IMG/VR virus record: IMGVR_UViG_3300020577_002562
Coordinates: 32,001-96,000 of that record
DNA: 64,000 nucleotides
Origin: a virus
Lineage: Duplodnaviria; Caudoviricetes
Strand: one strand, 5' to 3'
Of the stretch, positions 53,861 through 63,998 are shown in pieces; position 1 is the stretch's first letter, and the number at the start of each line of letters is the position of its first letter. The position numbers were made by a program, and so were the translations under genes. Below the pieces are notes generated by a model. The model had not been told where the DNA came from, ran no database searches, and saw only the letters and a program-made list of their open reading frames with translations.

Positions 53861-54625
53861 ATGCCTCGTGTAGCATCGCTTGATTTCCCTGACGAGAACG
53901 GCGAATCGTCTGGTCCTAACCCAAACTATCTGTGTCGCATCACGGCTAACGATCTTGGGTTCAATGACCGTGCCAAGATACCTGCAGGTTCGACACCGAC
54001 CATTCTGTTGAGCCTTCCGGAGCAATTCCAGTTCTCGGTAGCATCAGCATATGAGACTCCGTTCGCGCAAGGCTTGATCAATAGTGAGGGGCTCAAGAAC
54101 TTCTCTCGGATCATGGGCATCACTAACTTTGTAAGCCAGGGGTTGACTGCTCAAGTGTGGCAGGGCACGAACGAAGTGAACTTCTCGTTGACATTTGAGT
54201 TGGTAGCCAAGAACGACCCCGATGAGGATGTTGTGCAACTGATCAAGCGATTGATGTTGCTGACGATGCCGGATGAGAACGCAGTCGGACTACTCACACC
54301 ACCTGGCCCTACTATTGATTTCGTCGCCAGCGCTGAACAACTAGGTTTCTCAGCATTGAAGGAAGCTTTCAAAAACAGTAGAGCCCCAGAACTCAAGTAC
54401 AAGAACATAATCACCTTGGAGATAGGGCGGTTCCTCCGCTTTGAGAGCGTGGTCGTAGAGAATGTGAGCATGACAGGCAAGTCACTGTTTCACAAATCTG
54501 GTCTACCGATTGCCGCTTCTGTTGACGTGAGCTTCAAGACGTTCGTGGTGCCAATCAAGAAGGACTTGAACAATATGTTCCCGTACTCGAAGCCAACTCG
54601 CATCTCTAACAAGGGGACATCGTGA
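53861..54625 (+). CDS. baseplate/tube-associated protein
   Basis: Position; W.G.....FSL.F, L.IG.FL.F..VV..V, G.PI.A.V.V.F. Confidence 0.65.
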   Translation: MPRVASLDFPDENGESSGPNPNYLCRITANDLGFNDRAKIPAGSTPTILLSLPEQFQFSVASAYETPFAQGLINSEGLKNFSRIMGITNFVSQGLTAQVWQGTNEVNFSLTFELVAKNDPDEDVVQLIKRLMLLTMPDENAVGLLTPPGPTIDFVASAEQLGFSALKEAFKNSRAPELKYKNIITLEIGRFLRFESVVVENVSMTGKSLFHKSGLPIAASVDVSFKTFVVPIKKDLNNMFPYSKPTRISNKGTS

Positions 54626-54978
54626 GTCGCGGTCAGTACATTCCAGTGGTTGACTACCAAGTGAGTAGAGGGTCACCTGCCAGAGAACAGGTACTCGATT
54701 TCTTGGCTGCGACATACACCACGTTGCGCGAGTCCATTTCGTCTGCCGCGCTCCACAAAGTACGTGAGACTGAAGTTGGACAGCCCGATCAGATCAGCTA
54801 CATCTACTACGGTCAAGAACAGTTGTGGTGGATCATCACTCTGTATAACGGCTTAGTGGACCCAATTTCCGAACTGACAGTCGGACGTGTACTGCACATC
54901 CCTGATCTGAGCGAAGTGAACCGTCTGCTCACCAAGTCCAGTGCGGCAGCGGCCCGAGTAAGTGCGACTGTGATCTAA
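54622..54978 (+). CDS. LysM/gp53-like baseplate wedge protein
   Basis: PD.ISY.YYG...LWWII..YNG..DP..L..G..L.IP. Confidence 0.85.
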   Translation: MSRGQYIPVVDYQVSRGSPAREQVLDFLAATYTTLRESISSAALHKVRETEVGQPDQISYIYYGQEQLWWIITLYNGLVDPISELTVGRVLHIPDLSEVNRLLTKSSAAAARVSATVI

Positions 54979-54998
54979 ACAAAAGCGACTGCATCACC

Positions 54999-56123
54999 AT
55001 GTATCAGGTCAAGGGCAACGTATGGTTGGACATCAAGATTGGTGAGAAGGTCTATCCGATTGAGCGTCTGGGCTTTCAATCGGTGACGTTGATCGAGAAC
55101 AACCGTCTGCTCATGCCTACAGCGAACATCGTGATAGCTGACGGCATGAATTGGATTGAGGATAACGCCAAGTTGGTGGACGGCACACCTATCTCTATCT
55201 CTGTGGGCGAGACGGAGACTGATGTCAAGACCTACGACTTCCGGTTGTTCCGTTACCGACGTGAGCTGTTCAATGGAACTATCCAGTACACACTTGAGTG
55301 CTACTTGGACGTGCCCCGCTATCTGTACGATTCGGTGGCTAATGGATTCCAAGGGACAAGTTCAGAGGCTCTCAGCTACATTGCTTCCCTGTCCGGACTG
55401 AAGACCAACATGGTCAACACAGCAGACTCCCAATACTGGCGGTGTGGGGGTCGGAGACTTGGTGCGTGGGCTTCGGATATTGCAAGACACGGATACGCCA
55501 GTGGCACTAGCTTGATGCAGTTGTGTGTGACACTAGATGGCACCATGCTGTACAAGGACATCAATGCTCCAGCAGTGTTAGCTGGCAACCCAGTATTGAA
55601 AGTAGGTCGTGGTTTGATACCAGATACCATCGAGATGATGGACTCGCGATCACTGAATACGAGTGGTCTACAGAATTCCATAGGCGGCTACAAGATGCGA
55701 CTGGTCGAGCAGCCGCGCACTCAATTTCAGACTGAGTGGGAGCAAGTCACTGTTCAAGCACTGGGCACACTTGATCGTAATGCTGACGTGTCTGCTGAGA
55801 TTCAAGACGGTAGGATCATGTTTGCTCCGATTGATTGTGGCAACACTCACGCCAACTACCAGAGAGCGGCACATCAGAATGAACGGGGCGCATTGGTTTG
55901 GAGCCTCGGTTACGAGATACTGATCTCTTCACCTCATGTGGCGACACTACTGGACTTGGCACAGTTGACTGAGTTCTCAGTAGGCCGTGGCATTGAGGAG
56001 AGTCGCGTCGGTAGCGGTCTGTATCTAGTTACTGCGCATGCTATCCACATCAACGGAAGTAACTACTATGAGAAGTATGCCTTGTGGACAACTAGCTCAT
56101 CGCAGCGTAGGAGCACGACGTGA
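54999..56123 (+). CDS. baseplate hub protein (gp27/gpD-like)
   Basis: Size and position between the LysM and spike genes. Confidence 0.65.
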   Translation: MYQVKGNVWLDIKIGEKVYPIERLGFQSVTLIENNRLLMPTANIVIADGMNWIEDNAKLVDGTPISISVGETETDVKTYDFRLFRYRRELFNGTIQYTLECYLDVPRYLYDSVANGFQGTSSEALSYIASLSGLKTNMVNTADSQYWRCGGRRLGAWASDIARHGYASGTSLMQLCVTLDGTMLYKDINAPAVLAGNPVLKVGRGLIPDTIEMMDSRSLNTSGLQNSIGGYKMRLVEQPRTQFQTEWEQVTVQALGTLDRNADVSAEIQDGRIMFAPIDCGNTHANYQRAAHQNERGALVWSLGYEILISSPHVATLLDLAQLTEFSVGRGIEESRVGSGLYLVTAHAIHINGSNYYEKYALWTTSSSQRRSTT

Positions 56124-56680
56124 GTGGCATGACGAACCCAACGGACATCCACGGTAGCAAATTCATACCGTCCGACCATCTGTTCATTGCTCAGGTAGTA
56201 GACAACAATGATCCGGCGAAGCAGCAACGGCTGCGGATCACAGTACCGAATCTTGTGGAAGGCGAAACAGCAGCGTTGCCATGGGCCATCCCAATGGGAC
56301 GATCTTCCGGCGCCGACAACGTTGAGCTGGACGTGCCAGACGTAGGCTCTTATGTGATTGTCATGTTCCAGAAGGGAGACACTAATTTCCCCGTATGGTT
56401 CGGTGGTCTACATGCAAACTATACAGGCAGCTCGACAATCACGGGTACCAACTATCCGAATCGGATTGGACGACAGACTCAAGCCACTACGTACTGGTAC
56501 GTAGACAAGACTACAAATCAGGTGCATATCTGTCACGGCACAACGACAGTAACGATCAACTCGAATGGGTCCATCAATGTCAGCGCCAGTAACCAGATCG
56601 ACATCACCGCAGCAGGGACTGTGAACATCACTGCCAGCGGCAATGTGAACATCAACGCACCGCAGATCAACTTGAATTGA
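56120..56680 (+). CDS. baseplate spike (gp5/gpV OB-fold plus beta-helix)
   Basis: VVDNNDP....RLRI.VP, LPWA, VP.VGS.V.V.F..GD...PVW.G. Confidence 0.9.
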   Translation: MSGMTNPTDIHGSKFIPSDHLFIAQVVDNNDPAKQQRLRITVPNLVEGETAALPWAIPMGRSSGADNVELDVPDVGSYVIVMFQKGDTNFPVWFGGLHANYTGSSTITGTNYPNRIGRQTQATTYWYVDKTTNQVHICHGTTTVTINSNGSINVSASNQIDITAAGTVNITASGNVNINAPQINLN

Positions 56681-56697
56681 ATGACAGAGTAGTCACT

Positions 56698-56967
56698 ATG
56701 GGACTTCAAGTATTGCGACTAAACGACCCCGGTATTCATCCAGAGGGGTGGGGTGGAAGTGTGGCGTCAGCATCATCCAACGTGTTCGCTGAAGGCGTGG
56801 CCGTGACACACGACGGAAAAGCCTACAACTGTTCCAGACATGGATTCCAAGTGATCAGAGCGTCAGGAACCAATCGAGTGAACGGTCAGAAGATTGCACG
56901 TGAAGGTGATACAGCAGTGTGTGGTGCCGTAATTCACGCTACGCAATCCACCGTGTTCTCGGATTGA
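56698..56967 (+). CDS. PAAR-like spike tip protein
   Basis: RLND...H, C..HG, VNG..IAR.GD...CGA. Confidence 0.85.
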   Translation: MGLQVLRLNDPGIHPEGWGGSVASASSNVFAEGVAVTHDGKAYNCSRHGFQVIRASGTNRVNGQKIAREGDTAVCGAVIHATQSTVFSD

Positions 56968-56985
56968 TCTACAAAGAGAAGGATC

Positions 56986-57390
56986 ATGGCGACTACGTTT
57001 GAGCTAGCCTATGACTCTGCTGTATGGATTGATGTCAATGCTGACTATGGTGTACTAAGTGGGGCGGAACTGCTGCTCGATGAGAAGGCTATCAACGGTA
57101 GCTTGCGCAACCTCATGCGATGCCACATCGGAAGCCGTCGGATGCTGCGAGAGTACGGCACTTACATAGCCTACTACTTGCAAGAACCGTTGATCCCGCT
57201 GACAGCAGACTCGATGCTCAGTTCTCTAGTTCAGAGTATCACACGTTGGGAACCGCGTGTGCAGGTAGACATTGCCAATTCGTCTGTGGAAGCGGACACC
57301 AGATTGCCTGGATACCGAGTGACTCTTAGCTACCAGATCCTCAAGACGAATAACACTGGACAGTTTCAGTTCAGCGTGAAGCGGATGTAA
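56986..57390 (+). CDS. gp25/gpW-like baseplate protein
   Basis: AI..SL.NL.....G.R.....YG, I.RWEPRV. Confidence 0.9.
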   Translation: MATTFELAYDSAVWIDVNADYGVLSGAELLLDEKAINGSLRNLMRCHIGSRRMLREYGTYIAYYLQEPLIPLTADSMLSSLVQSITRWEPRVQVDIANSSVEADTRLPGYRVTLSYQILKTNNTGQFQFSVKRM

Positions 57391-57413
57391 GACCCAAGAC
57401 TTGAAAGAGCCTC

Positions 57414-59117
57414 ATGTCAACTACTGCCCTCAGTGCCATCACCCCTGACTTTGCCGGTTTGAATACGCAGCTTCAAACACTGCTGGCTGCCCGCGACACA
57501 TGGAAGGACTTGATCAAGTCTAGCACTGGACAGACTATTATCGAAATGGTAGCTCAGATAGGCGAGCTTGATCAGTACATGATTGAGCAGCAACTGCGGC
57601 AAGCATTCATCGACACTGCCTTGACTGATAGTGCGGTACGTGCAATGGCACGAAGCCTAGGAGTGCGACTGAAGCGTCGGACACCAACTCAGATTGATGT
57701 GACGATCACACCCTCAGGTGCCGGATTCACTATCCCTGCGTACCGCACGTTCGATGTGAACGGGGTGACATTGTTTAACCGGACAGCCATCACCGTAGCC
57801 AACAACCCCGCAGTAACAACGGCGACTCTGTACGAAGGTACCATTGTCACCAAGTCTCTGGTATCTGACGGCTCCAATTTCCAGTTGTTCAAGTCTGAGG
57901 ACACTGCGTTCACTGTCAGTGATCTGGATGTGACGATGACTGTCAGTGCGACGCCCATTCCAGTGACTCAATCAGGTCTGTGGAACTACCCTGGCACTGA
58001 TACTGTGTCAGACACCACCACTGATGCGGGTGAATTGCTGCTCACGTTTGGATCTGATGACTACGGATACAAGCCAGGTAATGGCATCACCGTTGATGTA
58101 AAGTACACGGTCACGTCTGGTACAGACGCAGTGAACTCCTCGTTGAGTGGTAAGACAGTGACGCCCACCATTGCATTGGCAGCCACTATTGTTTCTACCT
58201 CCGGTCTGTACGGTGGCGGTAACGAGTGGAGCGTGACCACGATGCGTCGGCTGTCGCCCCTGCTGTTCGTTAGTCGTGATCGAGCAACCACAGAGACAGA
58301 CTTTAACGCAGTCGCGGCCACGTATCCTGGCGTACAAGATGCCGTGATCAATGGGCAACACAAGATTGCGCCGACCAACGTAGCGTTTATGAATGTAGCC
58401 AGAGTGACGCTGCTGACGCCGGCACCGATGACTTCAGGGGAGTGGACTACGTTTGAGGCCTGGCTGAGAGCGCGTACTATGTACCCTGTGCGCTTTTACC
58501 GGAAAGACCCAGTGTCATCGAATGTGAACATCACGGCCAATGTCTACTGTCGCCCGCAGAGTGATCTAACGGCGCTTCAAGCTGAGGTAACCACAAGTAT
58601 CAGTGCGCTGTTCGCACGAGAGCCTGGCATTCTCAACAAGAACATCTTTAGATCAGACATCTATAGAGCTATCCAGTCTGTATCGAATGACATTGAGTAC
58701 AGCGAGTTGCTTCTACCGACGAGCGATGTCCTGCTCGACGTGGAACTCACTGGACAAACTATCACCCCAGAAGTCAGCGGCGGTACTTTGGTGGTAGGCA
58801 ATTTCTACAGCTATGCTATTACCGTAGTCACGGCTGCCGGAGAGAGTCTGGTCAAAGCTGTTCTAGGAGCCACATTGCCTGCAGGCAATTCCAAGCTAAA
58901 GTTGGATTGGAACGCCATTGCGACTGCTACTAGCTACAAGGTATATGGTAGAGGGCCGACTACATATGGTTTGTTGGCGACAGTGACCAGCCCTACGTAC
59001 ACTGATACTGGTGGTGTAACTCCAGGCGGACTGGCTCCTACTTTGGATAGTGCCGGCATTTACTACCCAGCGCTAGGAACATTGTCCTTGACCATGCGAT
59101 ACACAGAACGCGACTAA
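57414..59117 (+). CDS. baseplate wedge protein (gp6/gpJ-like) with C-terminal Fn3-like domain
   Basis: DF..L, F.DTA...S.V...A..LG, FG....G..P, RA.T..DF. Confidence 0.85.
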   Translation: MSTTALSAITPDFAGLNTQLQTLLAARDTWKDLIKSSTGQTIIEMVAQIGELDQYMIEQQLRQAFIDTALTDSAVRAMARSLGVRLKRRTPTQIDVTITPSGAGFTIPAYRTFDVNGVTLFNRTAITVANNPAVTTATLYEGTIVTKSLVSDGSNFQLFKSEDTAFTVSDLDVTMTVSATPIPVTQSGLWNYPGTDTVSDTTTDAGELLLTFGSDDYGYKPGNGITVDVKYTVTSGTDAVNSSLSGKTVTPTIALAATIVSTSGLYGGGNEWSVTTMRRLSPLLFVSRDRATTETDFNAVAATYPGVQDAVINGQHKIAPTNVAFMNVARVTLLTPAPMTSGEWTTFEAWLRARTMYPVRFYRKDPVSSNVNITANVYCRPQSDLTALQAEVTTSISALFAREPGILNKNIFRSDIYRAIQSVSNDIEYSELLLPTSDVLLDVELTGQTITPEVSGGTLVVGNFYSYAITVVTAAGESLVKAVLGATLPAGNSKLKLDWNAIATATSYKVYGRGPTTYGLLATVTSPTYTDTGGVTPGGLAPTLDSAGIYYPALGTLSLTMRYTERD

Positions 59118-59158
59118 ACCGACTGACTGCGATTGAGCACAAGAGAGCGAACATAGTC

Positions 59159-59824
59159 ATGGCAATCAACAGAACCATCCTGGTCCCAGAGCACTTGGAG
59201 CATAACCAAGTGTGGGAAGACCTGATGACGGAAGTGAACATTGCGTTCACAGCCATCGACCAGGGCATCTCCGATATGGGTTTGCTGAGAAAGCCCATTG
59301 ACACTGGCGATTCCATCTTTGCCTCTAACCGCACGGCGGGTAAGCTCACCAGACTGGACGCGATTCGTACATTGGAACGTAGTCTGACTGTTCAGAGTTG
59401 CAACAATTTGGGATTCACGTTCAAAACCAGCAACGTGTTGGATGCTGAGGACTACACACGTATAGCCATCAATCTTGGCGCGTACTATGCATCTACTAAG
59501 GGCACTCAAGGATGGCAGAATTTTCTGGCGTTCTGTCTCAACGCAGTGTTCACGGTCGAACAGTTGTGGACTACAGACTATGTGACGTTCGTCACGGAAG
59601 GTAGTGCTGGAACTCCTGTATGGGATGGCGGTGCCTGGTATCCGACGACTCACGTCAACTTGTCATATGCAGGGGAGTTCTCCGGACTGACCTCAGCAAC
59701 CATCCAAGACTTCTTCTACTACTTTGCGAACATCAACCTCGTGTTGGAGTCGATCTCTGTTGACTACATGGTGAACTATGCGCTGAATGCAAGCATCAGT
59801 TGCATGGTCGAGATTTGGGTCTGA
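59159..59824 (+). CDS. baseplate wedge protein (gp7/gpI-like)
   Basis: LGF, YY..KGT, WYPTTHV; position after the J-like gene. Confidence 0.7.
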   Translation: MAINRTILVPEHLEHNQVWEDLMTEVNIAFTAIDQGISDMGLLRKPIDTGDSIFASNRTAGKLTRLDAIRTLERSLTVQSCNNLGFTFKTSNVLDAEDYTRIAINLGAYYASTKGTQGWQNFLAFCLNAVFTVEQLWTTDYVTFVTEGSAGTPVWDGGAWYPTTHVNLSYAGEFSGLTSATIQDFFYYFANINLVLESISVDYMVNYALNASISCMVEIWV

Positions 59825-59858
59825 TTGGACCTGGTAGATCTGCTTAGGAGCACATTGC

Positions 59859-61877
59859 ATGTCTGAACTCATCACTACCGCCGGTATTGCCGCTGCTGTT
59901 GCTGCTGGCTCGTCGGGCCCACTCATTGATGTGGCTACCATTCGACTTGGTAGCGGATACAACTATACACCAACGTTGGGACAAACAGCTTTCGTTGGCA
60001 CTCAGGTGTACTCGGCAGCGCCGTCTGCGTACACCATCATTGACGCAAACACTGTCGAATTTCGGTTGACCCTAAATCCGGACTTGGGTGGATTCTCTTT
60101 CGGTGAGATTGGTTTGTTCTTGGCGGATGGTACTCTGTTTGCCATCAAGGCGCTACCGACGTTGGAAGTGAAGATCGCAGAGCCTACAGTTGGTTGGAAC
60201 GTAATTGTCTGCCGGATGCGGCTGCAATTGACCAATCTGCCGGGCCTCATCAACTGGAACTTCTACAACACCTCCATTGGCCGGATCATGGAACTGGCTA
60301 ACTGGACATTGCTGGAGGAACCAGATTCGGTTACGTTGCAATCCAATGCGTTCATTGTCCACCAGCCTGATGAATATGGTACGGAACCCCTGGTCTATCT
60401 GCATGGTACTACTTGGAATGTAAGCACGCACCAGATTGTCAAAATTGCCGCCGGCTCTAGATCAATCGTTTCTCGCACCTCGTCACAGATCGTAGCAAAC
60501 TCTAGCTTGGGTATCAGTTCCGTAGCCGCAGGACGCTACATCATTCAATTGATGACCGGTACACAAGCAGGGCAAATTCGTGCAGTCACCTCGGTTAGCG
60601 GAGCGACAGTCAACTGGTCGCCGGCGTTCAATGCGACACCCGCGTTGACTGACCAATTCGAAATTCGGGAAAGCAATTCGTACTTTGCTGCATTCTCTGC
60701 TGCAACCCAAGGTCGCCAAGTAGGCGATGTGTACTACCGCGCCGCCAACGATGTACCTGACTCGCTGTCCAAGCCTGCGGATGGTCGTCTGTTGGATCGC
60801 ACGTACTATGCAGCGTTGTTTGCTAAGATCGGAACTACGTATAGCGCAGGTGATGGTACAACCTTCGGTTTGCCTGATCTACGTGGTGTGGTCATTCGTG
60901 GTTACGATGGAGGTCGCGGTAAAGATGCTGGTCGTGTGTTTGGTTCGTATCAAGATGATGCAGTTCAGAACATTACTGGTGCGTTCAATACTGGCGGCCG
61001 TGATGTTCCTGCCGTGAGCGGAGCTTTCGCTCTAGGTGGTGGCCTAAGTGAACCTACTGCAGTATCCGACGTAGGCGCTACCGATACATCTCGTTCCATA
61101 TCATTGGATGCAAGCCGAGTTGTCAGGACTGCTTCAGAAACGCGTATGAAGAACGTGGCATTGCTGCCGTGTATCGTAGTATTGACAGGTAATGAAGTGG
61201 GCGATCCACCTGCAGACGCCATACCACTAGGTACGTTGGTGATTACACCAACCACAGCCAGTAGATCATACGCAAAAGACGCCTCTGTTGGTACAGACAC
61301 GGTAGCTACGTACACACCAACTGGAGCGGTGACTATCACCTTGACGAGCGGTACATTGGCAACTGGATTGGCAATCAGTGCTAGTGGCGGGAACATTCAA
61401 ATAACTGGTACGCCGACCGTTGCGGGGTCCACATCAGCTACCTACCACGTCTATAGTGGAACACACGAAGGATATTTTGTACTGAATGTGACGGTGATAG
61501 ACGGGTCCGTAAACATCACAGACCAAACGGTTACTGCTTATTCGATAGCTGGAGTGGCTACGGCAGGCTATAGACTGAACTCGAATGGCAAGGTTCAAAC
61601 AGAACCGTATGATCCAAACTGGACGGACGCGGAGACATGGTTGCTGACTGGAACAAACTCTTCCTTTGAAGGTCGAGCTACTCTAGTGTCTGGTGACACG
61701 CCGACCACAGGAACGCTTGCTACGTGGCAAGTTTTGAGTTCGACTAGAGCATGGACCTTGCAACAAATTGGTGGTGGCACTCTTTCTTGTCATCTGACGA
61801 TTGAGATCCGTAACGCGGGTGGCCCGGGAGTTCTAGACTCTGCGGAAGTTTACTTGACGGCTGATGTTGGTGTATGA
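59859..61877 (+). CDS. tail fibre protein (gpH-like N-terminus, collar domain, Ig-like C-terminal domains)
   Basis: ITTAG, GGF..GEIGLF..DGTLFA; Y.ALF..IGT.Y..GDG.TF.LPDLRG..IRG.D.GRG.D.GR.FGS.Q.D; ETR.KNVA. Confidence 0.9.
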   Translation: MSELITTAGIAAAVAAGSSGPLIDVATIRLGSGYNYTPTLGQTAFVGTQVYSAAPSAYTIIDANTVEFRLTLNPDLGGFSFGEIGLFLADGTLFAIKALPTLEVKIAEPTVGWNVIVCRMRLQLTNLPGLINWNFYNTSIGRIMELANWTLLEEPDSVTLQSNAFIVHQPDEYGTEPLVYLHGTTWNVSTHQIVKIAAGSRSIVSRTSSQIVANSSLGISSVAAGRYIIQLMTGTQAGQIRAVTSVSGATVNWSPAFNATPALTDQFEIRESNSYFAAFSAATQGRQVGDVYYRAANDVPDSLSKPADGRLLDRTYYAALFAKIGTTYSAGDGTTFGLPDLRGVVIRGYDGGRGKDAGRVFGSYQDDAVQNITGAFNTGGRDVPAVSGAFALGGGLSEPTAVSDVGATDTSRSISLDASRVVRTASETRMKNVALLPCIVVLTGNEVGDPPADAIPLGTLVITPTTASRSYAKDASVGTDTVATYTPTGAVTITLTSGTLATGLAISASGGNIQITGTPTVAGSTSATYHVYSGTHEGYFVLNVTVIDGSVNITDQTVTAYSIAGVATAGYRLNSNGKVQTEPYDPNWTDAETWLLTGTNSSFEGRATLVSGDTPTTGTLATWQVLSSTRAWTLQQIGGGTLSCHLTIEIRNAGGPGVLDSAEVYLTADVGV

Positions 61878-62683
61878 CATTCGTAAGTGGGGATAGCTGG
61901 AGATCGGTGTTTGCGAAAAACACCCTACCACAACGAGGGAACGGCTCTGCGCAAACCGTTCTCTCAGAATGGTATGCGTTGGAACGTCAAGAAGATGACA
62001 AAGGTCTTATTCACGCTTCCCACATCATTGAGTTTGAGGAGAGGTTATCCATCAGTCGCGCGACCTTTCAATATACTGATGGCTTACTTGTGTTCTCCTC
62101 TGGTGGTGTATGTTCATTTGGAGGTCTGTGGAAAACTGGTAATGAGTCACCGGAAGTAATAAGCATGCCATCATCTACGTTGGCATACGTACCGCAGGCT
62201 TTTGTTATCCGACACTCATCTCCATTGATGTTGATACTAGGTGCAGCAATGGGCTTCAGCAATGTGCGCGTAAACATACCCGCTCAAGCACCGGTAGTTG
62301 TATCTGGTAAAGTTCCACTCGCACAGTACGCACGTTCCCTCCGATTGATGTCTGTTCTGTCAAAGTTCACAGGTGCTAGTCTGAAATCGGATGTGTCAGA
62401 CCACAAGCGTATACAGCTACGTGACCCATCTTCCCAGCACTACGGACTAGCATGTGAAGCATGTGGAATGTGTGTTAAGTGCGCTATCACTTCACTTGAG
62501 AATCAGTTACTAGACAGACCATCCGCACTGAAACACCTCGAGATGGCACAGAAATTGAAGGCAGCCTGGTACGAGTACCTGGATACAGGTGCATGGTTGC
62601 AACTTGATGAGGAAGACATTGACTATCCATACATCACCTGGCTATACGAAAGTGGAGCACACTTCCGTTCATTGGTAGTCTGA
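61874..62683 (+). CDS. hypothetical protein with CxxCxxCxxC cluster
   Basis: ACEACGMCVKC; ATGA-coupled to the fibre gene. Confidence 0.55.
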   Translation: MTFVSGDSWRSVFAKNTLPQRGNGSAQTVLSEWYALERQEDDKGLIHASHIIEFEERLSISRATFQYTDGLLVFSSGGVCSFGGLWKTGNESPEVISMPSSTLAYVPQAFVIRHSSPLMLILGAAMGFSNVRVNIPAQAPVVVSGKVPLAQYARSLRLMSVLSKFTGASLKSDVSDHKRIQLRDPSSQHYGLACEACGMCVKCAITSLENQLLDRPSALKHLEMAQKLKAAWYEYLDTGAWLQLDEEDIDYPYITWLYESGAHFRSLVV

Positions 62684-62704
62684 CAGATTGATGTGAATGC
62701 TGAT

Positions 62705-62752
62705 GGAAAGCAAAGAGGGCAAGTGGAATTCCACTTGCCCTCTTTGCTTTCC
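62705..62752. terminator. 48-bp perfect palindrome between convergent units
   Basis: GGAAAGCAAAGAGGGCAAGTGGAA|TTCCACTTGCCCTCTTTGCTTTCC. Confidence 0.75.
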
Positions 62753-62774
62753 CTTCGTTACTACACCAACCACT

Positions 62775-63200
62775 TCACAGCATCACACCGTGCTTCAAAC
62801 ACATATTGTAGACCAGAGGATTCACTACGCCCCACTGCAACAGATTCTTCGGATGCGCAGCAAACTTGACACCTGACACTCGCTCTATCAATGAAGCAAA
62901 ATAGTGGAACTGAGCTGGTCTGTAGTCAAGTAGATGCACTACACTGACGTAGCCTATCACATGCTTCTTGACTTGATGTACCTTCCACATCTGTAGATTC
63001 GACGGCCAATCGTCTCCCGGTAACCATGACACCTTGCAACCACGATTAAGTTCTCTGGATAGATCTACCAGTGAGTGTGATCCACACCGTGAGCACTTCC
63101 ACTGTCTGTTTGAATGACCCTCATGCGGCATCCAAAGACATGGATCAGCGACAGGCATTATCTTATGGTGACACAGTATTGGTGGAAGAACGCGGTGCAT
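62775..63200 (-). CDS. hypothetical protein with Zn-binding motif
   Basis: C.H...KCSRCG; GAGG RBS. Confidence 0.55.
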   Translation of the reverse strand: MHRVLPPILCHHKIMPVADPCLWMPHEGHSNRQWKCSRCGSHSLVDLSRELNRGCKVSWLPGDDWPSNLQMWKVHQVKKHVIGYVSVVHLLDYRPAQFHYFASLIERVSGVKFAAHPKNLLQWGVVNPLVYNMCLKHGVML

Positions 63201-63220
63201 AGCAACCTCGAACTGGCTAG

Positions 63221-63583
63221 CTAGACTACTCTGTAGCCAATCACTATGCCCTGGTAGTTGGTAGACCTTGACGCTCCAGCATTGATGGTAAACCTCTGGC
63301 TACCCTTTACGAACAGAACAGTGCCTTTGGCTTTGCTCCGCTCTTTCAAGTAGCCCATACGCAAGAACGAGTTGACCACTGTGTCAGACGGAATGAACAT
63401 CTGCCTAGAACGTTCACTACCAGTTGGCTTCCAAAGTTGAAGTGAGAACGTACTGTCGTCGCGGGCATTGATCACTACAGTACGTCCACCATCAGGGGCT
63501 TCAGTGTCCATCACCACTGTTGCTCCCAACTTCTTCAGCGTGCGGATCAGTACGTTGCAGTCATCTTGCTTTAGTTGTCGCAT
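63221..63583 (-). CDS. hypothetical protein
   Basis: ORF; starts MRQL. Confidence 0.55.
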   Translation of the reverse strand: MRQLKQDDCNVLIRTLKKLGATVVMDTEAPDGGRTVVINARDDSTFSLQLWKPTGSERSRQMFIPSDTVVNSFLRMGYLKERSKAKGTVLFVKGSQRFTINAGASRSTNYQGIVIGYRVV

Positions 63584-63614
63584 GATCTTAGTTCCACTGT
63601 TTACCTGTTCTGGT

Positions 63615-63998
63615 TTACGGTGCAGGAAATACTTGGATCAACAGCATACCTTGGATCACGTAGTCTGTGGCAGCCGTGTTGTTGTAGTCAGCCGAGGTCA
63701 CGTTTATGTCATTGGAGGTGTTGATAGTTGCCATAACCGGCGCATTGTTGTTAGTGCCGTCTGCCAAACTACCTCCGATCCAGTTGACCGCTGCGTTGTT
63801 TATATTCTTGACGAACGAACGGTCCTGTCTGGTGACGTTCGTCGTCATAGACGCATTGTAGATGGTTGTGCCTGCATACCGAAGGCCATTTGTCTTCGTG
63901 TTGGCATTGTTGACGGTGTGCCAATCCCTAGTGGCATGGATAGTTCCGTTTGGCCCAACCAGTCCACCTGGAATCTGAATCCCAGTAGCTGTCGGCGC
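63615..63998 (-). CDS. 3' end of a beta-rich, probably structural, protein (5' truncated)
   Basis: Frame open from the window edge (APTATGIQIPGGLVGPNG...) to TAA at 63615. Confidence 0.6.
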   Translation of the reverse strand, partial: APTATGIQIPGGLVGPNGTIHATRDWHTVNNANTKTNGLRYAGTTIYNASMTTNVTRQDRSFVKNINNAAVNWIGGSLADGTNNNAPVMATINTSNDINVTSADYNNTAATDYVIQGMLLIQVFPAP

